A stretch of DNA of 64,000 nucleotides from Macrostomum lignano. Lineage: Eukaryota. A program made the position numbers and the translations under genes. Under the pieces are notes generated by a model. That model saw nothing but the letters and a program-made list of their open reading frames with translations. It was not told where the DNA came from and did not search any database. Positions 1-9,029 of the stretch are shown here, in pieces (within the stretch, counting starts at the first letter, position 1; each line of letters starts with the position of its first letter). The stretch is from positions 93,152-157,151 of the forward strand of contig NIVC01002355.1 of NCBI GenBank assembly GCA_002269645.1, given 5' to 3'.

Positions 1-75
1 CTTAGCCAACAGGGCCAAAAGCAGCAAGAGGGAAGGCACAGGCGTGGCGACAAAGTCAGCGGACGAAACGAGTCC
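1..75 (-). repeat. Split direct repeat B2
   Basis: Matches 407-481 with one mismatch (caaagtcagc vs caaaggcagc). Confidence 0.95.
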
Positions 76-170
76 TGCGATAGCGAATATATTTTAGGAT
101 TTGAGGCGATTAAAAGGGAAGTCACGAAGCAACGGAATAAAAGCATTACAAGAAAATTAATAAAAAAAAT

Positions 171-407
171 TTTACGAGCCAAAGCGCTCTCGCAGCGCGC
201 ACGAGAGAGCGTGAGCGCACAAATAAAAGGGGGCCGACGCCGCCCACCCCCAACCCAACACCCCCGCCTGCCGGCCGGCACCCAGCACCCCACCTTGCGG
301 CAGGGATGCACACGCGCGGGCCGCACGCACAGACGGGCGGAGGGGGCGGCACCGTCGGCTAAACACGATTACAGAGCCGGTTAAAACCGGCCCCTGAAAT
401 CGCAACC
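171..407 (-). repeat. Split direct repeat A2
   Basis: 237 bp matching 4257-4493 with one mismatch seen (ggcaccgtc vs ggccccgtc). Confidence 0.95.
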
Positions 408-481
408 TTAGCCAACAGGGCCAAAAGCAGCAAGAGGGAAGGCACAGGCGTGGCGACAAAGGCAGCGGACGAAACGAGTCC
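407..481 (-). repeat. Split direct repeat B1
   Basis: Copy of 1-75; directly abuts A2 at cgcaacc/ttagcc. Confidence 0.95.
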
Positions 482-505
482 AAAAATCCCAAACCAGGGA
501 GGAGG

Positions 506-1534
506 TCACGTTGAGGGGAGGAGTGAAGCCAGGCGCAGCGGCGCACCGCGCTCAACCGAAGGCGGTAGGTACCGCTCTACAGCGCTGCTTGCCCAGTCAC
601 CGACTCGCATGATTGAATCGATGGGGATGCCGGCCTCCGCCGCGGATGTAGCGCCACCTCGACGCAACGAGTGCCCAGAGAACCTGGCTGGCTCGGCGAA
701 CCCGGCCTGTCGAAGTGCCGCGGACAGGCGCCTCGCGAAGGTGCGCGCGGTGAGCGGTGCGGTGGACCGTCTGTTTCGGGTACTGAACAAGTGATGCTGG
801 GCGTCCTGCGGTCGGTTAATGCGCAGCTGCTTCTGGAGCGCGGTGACCGGGCAGAGTGGATGTCCGTCTGGGAGCTGCGGCAAGAAAACTCGGTGCTGGC
901 GCGCCCCGAACTGGTTGGTCTTTGACCTCGGAATGACGAGGATGACGCCCGCCCTTGACGGCCGGATGCAGCTCGCACTGAGGTCTCGCTGCGGATCGAA
1001 CCGGCCGGATACGCACAGGTTGGCTCGCCGCAGCATGGCCCACCAGCCCACGATGCAGGCGCACCAGAATGCGCAGTCCCTGGGCTCTTCAGGTCGCAGC
1101 ACGCCGTGCAGCCGCTGCAGGTCGGCCGGCCGCAACGCTCGTTTGCTCCTTGGGGCGGCGCCGAGGAGCCGGCGGGCGCCGCGCAGGGCCAGCTGAACCA
1201 GTGGCTGCCTCATCGGGTCAGCCACGCTGTTTGATTTGTAGAGCCAGGACACGGCGGCGAGGTGGCAGGATAGGCTGCTGACTGAGAACAGCCGGTTGTT
1301 CGCCAGCTCCGCCAGGTAGTTGCACACGTCGGCGGGCTGCGCTGACAGCGGTTGAAGTCTGTGGGCGGCGCAGAATCGCATCCAGGACGTGCACTGGCTG
1401 GCGTAGGCGGAGCGAGTTGAGCTGGCGAAGCCTTGGCTGAGCAGTCGACGTGCCGGTGCGGAGAGGCCGGGAACCGGGACCACAGGAGGCGGACCTGAAA
1501 CAGAAGGTGGGAGGCAGCGGCAGAGCTCAAGCAA
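506..1534 (-). CDS. Tyrosine recombinase (YR) of the retroelement
   Basis: 342-aa open frame with an N-terminal SAM-like segment (STRSAY...WMRFC) and the catalytic R-K-H-R-W-Y set: LRRAN, SKTNQ, HSLRRGGA, GDW, ERY. Confidence 0.95.
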   Translation of the reverse strand: MLELCRCLPPSVSGPPPVVPVPGLSAPARRLLSQGFASSTRSAYASQCTSWMRFCAAHRLQPLSAQPADVCNYLAELANNRLFSVSSLSCHLAAVSWLYKSNSVADPMRQPLVQLALRGARRLLGAAPRSKRALRPADLQRLHGVLRPEEPRDCAFWCACIVGWWAMLRRANLCVSGRFDPQRDLSASCIRPSRAGVILVIPRSKTNQFGARQHRVFLPQLPDGHPLCPVTALQKQLRINRPQDAQHHLFSTRNRRSTAPLTARTFARRLSAALRQAGFAEPARFSGHSLRRGGATSAAEAGIPIDSIMRVGDWASSAVERYLPPSVERGAPLRLASLLPST

Positions 1535-1619
1535 GCGGAGGCAAGCAAGCTGGTTGGCACATAGCAGGTGCCATAGAAGCGAAACAGAAAGTTGGCAAGC
1601 TGGCTGGGGTCATGCGCTC

Positions 1620-1986
1620 TGGACAGCGGGTCTGCGAGCAGCTGGAAGCGGCCAGGCACATGGTGCGCGCGGACGATGATGTCGCGTTGAATGCAGGTCA
1701 GGGCGACGCGCTTCTGCAGGTCGGCAATACCTTGGTGCTTGGCGGAACCCGAGTTAATGATGCCGCAGGCGGCGGTGCTGTCAGTGTAGACTGCAACCGA
1801 GCAGCCGCTGAAGGCTTCTTGGTGCTGCAGAATCGCAACCAGCGGGGCGGCGCACTCCTTGAGGTTGATGTGCAGCTCCTTGAACGCGCCATCACAGTCG
1901 GACTGCCAGTCGATGTAGAGCCAAACCGGTTCTCTGTCGACGAAATGCAGCACAGCACCGCCTCCAATGTCAGGCGTCAGACTCAA
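1620..1986 (-). CDS. RNase H domain of pol, frameshifted relative to RT in this copy
   Basis: Motifs ESDA/xxGGGA (split by an indel at about 1970), HINLKE, YTDS and HVPG...ADPLSR. Confidence 0.85.
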
Positions 1987-3211
1987 TCGCTCCAGCCGGC
2001 CGACGCGAGGGCCAGGCAGCTCTAGGCGGCAGCGTGCTCAACGCGGTCATCCACCACCTCAGCTGCAACTGGAGCTCCTCCGTGACGCCGACCCTGTCGG
2101 ACGGATGCGCCAGGCTGTTGACCAGCTCGATCAGCGGCCGCAGGAAAGTTCGCCCGTGCTGGGCGGCAGTGCACAAGTGGCTGAGGTGTCCGAGCAGCTT
2201 CTGCAGTTCCGCCTTGCACAGGCTCCTCCGCGAGAGGCAGGTGTCAAGAAGCTGAAGCTTTTCGGCTTTGTCGGCTGGGAAGGAAAGACTGGCTTGCACG
2301 GTGTCGATGTCAATGCCGAGGAATCGCAGCTTTGTCGTCGGCGGCACCGACTTTTTCTCGTTGATGGTGAAGCCAAGCCTGGTGAGCAGGTTGCGCAGCT
2401 CGTGGTAGGCCCTGTCACACTCGGCTTTCGTCCTGGCCATGACGAGGAAGTCATCGATGAAAACGACGGTTGCCAGGAACCCCTTGCGACACATCATTCG
2501 CCGGGCCGCTTGCGTGAGGCGATGGAAAATGCTGACGGAGGCTCTGCTGCCGAATGGTAACCGCGTATCCACCAGGAAGGTTGAGCAGCCATTGCCGAAG
2601 TCCCAGTGGATGCCGGTGGCTTGGTAGCACTGCGGAGAAATTGGCACGCTGCGGTAGGCTGACGCGATGTCCACCTTTGCCATAAACCAGCCGGGCTGCA
2701 TCATCCTGACGGCCTCGTCGACGGAGGTGAAGCGGAGACGCCGTTGTTGGGCATAGTGATCGTTCAGGCTGCAGCCGCGAGGGACGGAGCAATCATGGAT
2801 TAGCCGGATGCCGGAGCTGTCTTTCGGAATGGCTCCCAGCGGACAGACCATCGCAGGCTTGTCCACGACTGGGACGTACCTCCCGAGCCGGATTTCTTCT
2901 CCGATAACAGCTTGGACTTGGTCGCGATTCCGGTTGACGGACTGGTAGTTGCTGCAGAGACACGGCGTAAAGTCGAAGTCATCGACAATGGAGAAGCCGC
3001 TCTCGATGCCGTCGAGAATAAAATCAGCGTCGGGGTCGCCCACAAGCTCGGAGCGCCAGGCGTCGATGCAGAGATCGCCCACTGGCTGCGTCAGATCGGA
3101 CATCCGCACTGGAGGCTTGACGATGCAGGGCACGGGAGCGGGCTGAGCGAGGCAGTTAAAAGCAGGAGGGGTAAAATCGGTTTCGCGCGCCGTGTCGGCG
3201 CGCTTGCTCAG
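1970..3211 (-). CDS. Reverse transcriptase (pol) of the retroelement
   Basis: Motifs PLGAIPK...RLIHDCS, KVDIASAYRSVPI, LPFG, FIDD (2462-2451) and FLGIDID. The frame is open from 3244 to the TGA at 1972-1970. Confidence 0.95.
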   Translation of the reverse strand: MSKRADTARETDFTPPAFNCLAQPAPVPCIVKPPVRMSDLTQPVGDLCIDAWRSELVGDPDADFILDGIESGFSIVDDFDFTPCLCSNYQSVNRNRDQVQAVIGEEIRLGRYVPVVDKPAMVCPLGAIPKDSSGIRLIHDCSVPRGCSLNDHYAQQRRLRFTSVDEAVRMMQPGWFMAKVDIASAYRSVPISPQCYQATGIHWDFGNGCSTFLVDTRLPFGSRASVSIFHRLTQAARRMMCRKGFLATVVFIDDFLVMARTKAECDRAYHELRNLLTRLGFTINEKKSVPPTTKLRFLGIDIDTVQASLSFPADKAEKLQLLDTCLSRRSLCKAELQKLLGHLSHLCTAAQHGRTFLRPLIELVNSLAHPSDRVGVTEELQLQLRWWMTALSTLPPRAAWPSRRPAGAIESDA

Positions 3212-3217
3212 TTTTTT
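3185..3217 (-). promoter_or_regulatory. Candidate -1 programmed ribosomal frameshift signal at the gag/pol junction
   Basis: Minus strand reads gcA AAA AAC TGA GCAA GCGCGCCG ACA CGGCGCGC. Slippery heptamer in the ORF1 frame at 3217-3211, 7-nt spacer, perfect 8-bp GC stem. A -1 shift enters the RT frame with no stop. Confidence 0.75.
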
Positions 3218-4225
3218 GCGTGATTTTGCTCGGAGTGGCTGCCCTCACAGATTCGGCAGGCATGGAGGAATCGGCAGTTGCTCCTCATGCAGCCGTTGGT
3301 GCTGTTGAAGGACAAGCACAGCTCGCGGCCTGAGGATGTCCGCGGACCCATGACGCGGCTCTTGTTGCTAGGCTGGTTTCGCTTGGCTGTCTGATTGTAC
3401 TGGTCCGTCTTAATGCTGAGCAGGTGCCTGATCGACATCTGGGCGCAGTCTTTGCCCCAGCGAAGGCTGTTGGCTGCGCGGTGCTGGCGGTAGTCATGGT
3501 CGAATCTGATGAATCTGGTGCGCTGGGAATCTGTCGAATAGCTCGGCCACCTGGACATTGTACTGGGCGTAATCTTTGACTTGCTCAGTTGTGCTGTACA
3601 CTTGGCCCTTACTGGTCACCTGCGGCGCTGTGTCTTCAAGTATCTGAAGCAGGACCTTCATACTGCCGGCGAACCACTGCCCAATTGTCATGCCGTCCAG
3701 CTTGGTCGTCGACTTCTTGAGCACGAGGCCGCCAGAGCTGCCCCTGGTGAGCAGCTCGTCAGCCTGGCCTGACAGATCATTGACAAAGTCTCTGACGAGT
3801 AGACACGGCTGCCCGACCGGCCGGGGGTTGGCTCTAGCGCTGACGGGGCCTGTTGGGTTGATAAGTTCAGCGAAAAGATTCTGCTGCTCACCTGATTCTG
3901 TACGAGCAGTCACGACGGCGCGTTCACGAAGCTCTCGCTCGCGTGTTTGAAGCTCTAGGAGCTGCAGCCGTTTCTGCGCCCGCCGAATCTCGCCGTCCAG
4001 GTCCGCCTCCCGTGGGTCCCGGCCTTGGTCTTGGAGCTCCTCCTGCGCACAGGGCGATGCCGATGCCGATGTCAATGCCGATGTCCCGCCGTCTTGAAGC
4101 TGTGACTGCCCCTCGTGTTGTCTCAGTCTGGCTTGCAAGGCCGACTTATTGCCTGCGGTTGAGAGGCCTCAGCTACCCAGCTCACTCTTGAGTTGTTTGA
4201 CTGTTAGTCGGTCCACACGATGCAT
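3208..4225 (-). pseudogene. Gag-like ORF1 with N-terminal SAP motif and C-terminal Cys/His knuckle; one nonsense codon and one frameshift
   Basis: ATG at 4225 reads MHRVDRLTVKQLKSELGS*GLSTAGNKSALQARLRQHE (TGA at 4171-4169). A 1-nt frameshift near 3510 precedes RFDHDYRQHRAANSLRWG. The C-terminus is CLSFNSTNGCMRSNCRFLHACRICEGSH. Confidence 0.85.
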
Positions 4226-4493
4226 GATAGACAGAGCCAGAAAGTCGCAAAAAAAATTTACGAGCCAAAGCGCTCTCGCAGCGCGCACGAGAGAGCGTGA
4301 GCGCACAAATAAAAGGGGGCCGACGCCGCCCACCCCCAACCCAACACCCCCGCCTGCCGGCCGGCACCCAGCACCCCACCTTGCGGCAGGGATGCACACG
4401 CGCGGGCCGCACGCACAGACGGGCGGAGGGGGCGGCCCCGTCGGCTAAACACGATTACAGAGCCGGTTAAAACCGGCCCCTGAAATCGCAACC

Positions 4494-4700
4494 ATCAAGT
4501 ACGTCACCATCTACAACAGGCAGGACTGCTGCGCTTAGCGGCTCAACCACTTCTCACTGCAGGTGGACGACGTTGAGTGCAACCGAGTAAACCTGACGAA
4601 GCCGTTCTCCGTGGCCAACTTCAGCTGCAACGCCTTCGGCAGCATGGTCCGCGTGCAAAACTTGCAGGCTACATTTCTTAACGATTTGAGGGTTTGAAAT
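4494..4700 (+). pseudogene. F-type lectin (fucolectin) domain, 3' half; disrupted by the retroelement and a stop codon
   Basis: Reads IKYVTIYNRQDCCA*RLNHFSLQVDDVECNRVNLTKPFSVANFSCNAFGS, paralogous to 7069-7463. TAG at 4536-4538 where the paralog has TAC. Confidence 0.88.
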
Positions 4701-5972
4701 TTAGGACTAGAGCATGCAAATGTCGTCACCAACAATTAAACTTACTGAACAAAATAATTTGAAATACATGTAGTAATGTCCGATTTTATTATAATCCTAT
4801 GTCGTTGTCACATAGAGATTCCAATTTCTTAACGTTAACGTAAATGCGCTTTAACGAGTCACTACCTGAAGCGAACAAAAGTTACAAGAGTATGTTTTAA
4901 AAAATAAATATTTTTGGTCACTTACCTTGAAACTCGGGGGTAAGCAAACAATTTTAAATTAAGGGCCAGATACAGAATCCAGCTCATGACTGCAGACCAG
5001 AGAGAAGAGAAAAAGAAGAGAGGGTAAAGTGGGGAGATGAGAGAGGAGACGGGAGAGGAGGGAAGAGAAGAGAGAGGGGAGATGGGATATGAGAAAACAG
5101 AGGGAGAAAAGGAGACAGCTAAGAACAGACACAAGACTTGAGCGGACCCGAATCGCTATTGTGAAGTTTTAAAGTGCTGTGGCTATAAGCCAAGCCGAAC
5201 CATAAACAAAATGGTTTGCCTCCCAGCGCACCGTACGCTTTAGCAATCTACGTGTAACGAGAGCAAGCTAGGCTTGCAGAAATAAATATATAATGAGACA
5301 AGAGTCGAAGATCGGCTGGTTTTAATTTAGTCTTAAGTTCGTGACTTGTTCCTTTGACTTGTCATAAAAACAAAAGACACAACACAAAGGACCCGAGGGC
5401 CGTATAGAGAGGCTTCGTGGCCGCAGGCCGAAGCTTGCCGGCCGACCCCTGTTTTAAAACAAAGCTTCTAAAATTCTAAAGTGCAAGCATGAAACCAAGA
5501 AAAAATTTGGAAATATATAATTTACTATGTTACAACAGCCTCTGCAGAGAGTACTTGAATCGTCGGACTGATTCATAATGAGATTTATTCGGAATAGGAA
5601 GATGTTATTTTTGTTTAAATACCGTTAATAAGTTAAAAACGAAGGATTTAGAATACTGCATATAGCTTGTTTGGAAAGAAGACTATGACCATGGTAAAAA
5701 GCCAGTCGAAAAAATTTTATCATGATTAGTTACTGCAAGTAGAAAAGTAATGTATTAACATGCATTCATAGTGGCCAATCAAAATCCAAGGTCATCCAAG
5801 CAAATGTAAAGCGTTCAAACTTTATCAATTATAAAGGCAGAGATCAGAAACAGACGGAATATTCAGGCTTTTTCAGGAATCTACAACTGAAATTATTCAT
5901 AAAACCGAAGTTGACTAAGTGGTTAATCATGCGAAATAAAGTTATAATACTTCTATTCCTTTCTGCCAGTAG

Positions 5973-7463
5973 AATCACCATGGCAACCATTGCTACTATA
6001 CCTATTTAATCGTTAAATCCAGCAGCCCAGTTGCTCCCCCATCGATGGAGGAGGTGGTGCAGGACGAAAACCCGCTGTTTTGCGCTAGAAAATGCACGAA
6101 TCAAGTGTTGGGCTGCTTCGGCTTCAGCTGGATCCAGGGACTGTGTCAGTTCTTCAATCTCTCCGCGTTTTATAATTCGACTTGGGACAAGTGTGATGCT
6201 GTTGACTGCAAATTCGATGTTTACAAGAGACATTTCGGTGAGCTTTGATCAAAATAATGACACGAATATAGACAATTGGAGTAGCAACAGTAGACAAATT
6301 GGCCGCGGCCCCCAAAAAAATTGCGCTACACGAAAACCTCCAAAAACTGCATGATAAGGCCCACCACGCAAGCTCGACGAATCGCAGTGCCTACACTTTT
6401 GTTACTTTTTGGACATGGCATCAACCGGTCTAAAAGACAGGCTTGTGGCACTTACCAAGAGCCAGGGACACCCACCAAGAGACAGGGGGCTCTCACTAAG
6501 AGACAGGGGCGCTCACCAACGTTCTGCCAGAATGTCTTGTTTTTCAATAAGCGCCCATGTGTTCCATACACCTAGTGTACCAATCAGCACTATGCCTCAG
6601 TGCGGTCTTGTCAAGCTTTCAAATTTCATTAGCACGCCGATCTCTGACTTTGGCAGCCACTGCCAGCAGCCTTATCCAAATCTTCAAAAAATAGCACCAG
6701 GGTGCTATGGACACCGACCTGCTGTGGACTATGGCACAGATGAAGCCTCGACAGTGTGCAAATCTCAACTGCGAGTTGCTTTCAACAGTTTCTTAAGTAC
6801 TCAGTCATCACCCCGACGCCGTCGGCACCTTCTGCAGGTAGCCGTCTTGGCAAAATCATTGACTATCTGAACGTTCCAGATAGCTAGCGACATCAAGTTG
6901 CTCCTTTGCTCCGTTCAGGAGCAGCAAAACTTTTCTAGAGAGGGGGGGGCGAATTTTACTTTGTATAAAAAACGCGGCTTTTTTTTGTACTTTTACTGTT
7001 AAAAACTGTGTAAATAACTCCTAAATCTCATGATGGCTAAAATAATCAATCCCGCTATCAAATCTTAGAACCGCGTCGTTTGAACACTTCAAACTGCGAG
7101 CAGAGCAGCCTGATTCACGATGGCGTCTGCACTCGAGCTATAGACGGCAACACTGGCCAAGATTACACCACGGGATCCTGCTCCCACACTGAATACGGCT
7201 ACGGCCAGTGGTGGATAACACAAATTTCTGCTTCTGCTCTTGTTTCCTACGTCACCATCTACAACAGACAGGACTGTTGCGCCTACCGGCTGAGAAAATT
7301 CTCGCTGCAGGTGGACGGAGTCGAATGCAACCGAGTGAACCTGACGGAGCCGTTCTCTCTAGCCAACTTCAGCTGCAACGCCTTCGGCAGCCGAGTTCAG
7401 GTGCAGAGCCTTCTGCCATATGCTCTTACAATCTGTGAAATAGAGATTTATGGGATTGTGTGA
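5973..7463 (+). CDS. PAN/apple plus F-type lectin domain protein (two exons seen, 5' end uncertain)
   Basis: Exon about 5973-6237 (FCARKCTNQVLGCFGFSWIQGLC, PAN-like Cys spacing, donor gtgagc, phase 1) joins in frame to exon 7069-7463. That exon has the exact fucose-binding motif H-x26-R-x-D-x4-R (H...RQDCCAYR) and ends CEIEIYG. Confidence 0.8.
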
Positions 7464-9029
7464 TGTAACAATGACGGCGATGTCAAACTCCTAGATCTGG
7501 TCTGAATATCAAAGCAAGATACATGTAGACAAAAAAATCGACAAAATGACCTCATTGTTTCTAATGAATCAACACAATCAGATAAGCCTCTTCAATTGAG
7601 CATCGAGTAAAGCTATCAATGACACTTTACGAGCGTAGACAGATCCTTGTAACTGAACTTGACTGAACAAATTACTCAGTTAAACTCAAATTACTAAAAG
7701 TTTAAGCCTCAATAAACAAAAAATTCTTGATTGCATCCTCAACGAATTTGTTATTTGGCTTTGAAACTTTATTTAGACACAACAAAATTAAAAAAGAGTT
7801 TGACGAAAAGAAGATAACATAAAGAGATGTGTCACGATCTTTTACGATTTGTCTTTGCTGTGCAGCAATTCCGCAACCATCATGATGATTTTTCCAGGAA
7901 CTTAGTCTAATGTACAGGCAAAGATCTTGCAACAAGGAAAAAACCTGCTTAACGATTTCAGGAACACAGGTACATGCAATTGTCATTGACTGACATACAA
8001 AAAGCAGAAATTGAGGCAGGGTGTGGCTCCCTAGTGCAGCAAAGATAGAGTTTCTTGTCAGCTTTTAGCTTTTGTTAAAATCTTAGCGATCTTTGCTAAA
8101 AGCTTCTACAAGTACACCATGAAAGCATCTGTTAAAAGTGCTTTTAGTTCTGCTGTAAGTCCGAATCGAAAGCTTGTCTAGATGGATCACGAGCTCACAG
8201 AAGAAACTCAACATCCAGTCGAATTCACATCGGAGCACTTTGCTAGTCCAGTTGACTGCTAAACCGAGGACCGTAAAGACAATAAGCGATCCGAATCGCT
8301 TCATTATAACAGTCATTTTTTTTCCATTTTCGCCTTTGAAATTGGAACTCAAAAGTTTTATATCCAATCCAAGAGCAATAGAAAGCAGCCTTCACTTTAG
8401 GTCTAGCTGCATACAATACTTTTGTAAAATACAAGATTTAAAAAAGGACGTAAAGCGTTCTGTGACTGATTTTCCTGATACTACATGGCTTTGACTATCA
8501 TGGTGTACTCTATACGAGCTTACTTTTTCAAAAATGAAGCTTGGCAGACTGCTTAGTTCTGTGCAGTCTGCTTCGGATTCTACTGCCTGGTTGATTCGTG
8601 CCGACTGTTCAACGCGTCTGCCTTTACCAGCAATCAATGGCGAATCGTTTATCATTCTATCGACGTCCATTTTCAGTAAGTTGCGCACGTAATGTACATG
8701 TAAAGTGAAACCAGAGTTTACCCTTGGTTTTCTCAGTTTACTCATAGTTTACTCATAGTTCAGTCAAAGTTTACTTCAAGTTTATCCATCGCTTACCGTG
8801 ATAAAGCAATTGTATCAGGATACCCGCAACGAACGGTGGGTGGATTATAAAGAAAAGTAGTAAAAACTTAATTACAATATCATCCTATCTTAACCATGCT
8901 TTCACTAAACAGATCTCTTCGAAATTCGCAAGAGATGTAGCTCGCAGTAGTGTTAGAGAAAGAGAGAGAGATAGTTCTTGTGCAACTATTGCTCGGATTA
9001 TAACAATGAAGCTGGACACTGTTGAAAAC

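Larger units (their letters stand above)
1..4493 (-). mobile_element. Ngaro-type (DIRS order) tyrosine-recombinase retrotransposon with split direct repeats; near full length, this copy has coding lesions
   Basis: In element sense the order is A1 (4493-4257), gag-like ORF1, RT, RNase H, YR, B1 (481-407), A2 (407-171), 95-bp spacer, B2 (75-1). There is no methyltransferase domain and no inverted terminal repeat, which fits Ngaro/PAT-style split direct repeats rather than DIRS-1 proper. B2 reaches the window edge. Confidence 0.93.

Noticed and set aside
55-75. GGACGAAACGAGTCC as a hammerhead ribozyme core
   Set aside because: GAAAC is present but there is no CUGANGA box or three-stem arrangement on either strand; it is only a small hairpin.
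146-555. Small ORFs in repeats A and B, mirrored at 4149-4491
   Set aside because: They arise from the non-coding GC-rich terminal repeats.
1960-1990. Programmed frameshift between RT and RNase H
   Set aside because: No slippery sequence or stimulatory structure, and the shift splits a conserved motif, so a lesion or sequence error is more likely.
450-3223. Plus-strand ORFs over the retroelement (114, 125, 191, 197, 103 aa and others)
   Set aside because: Antisense shadows of GC-rich coding sequence with no recognisable motifs.
6300-6900. hAT transposase dimerisation-domain remnant (YPNLQKIA...) in the PAN-lectin intron
   Set aside because: Only a short motif with frameshifts and no terminal repeats; too weak to list as a feature.
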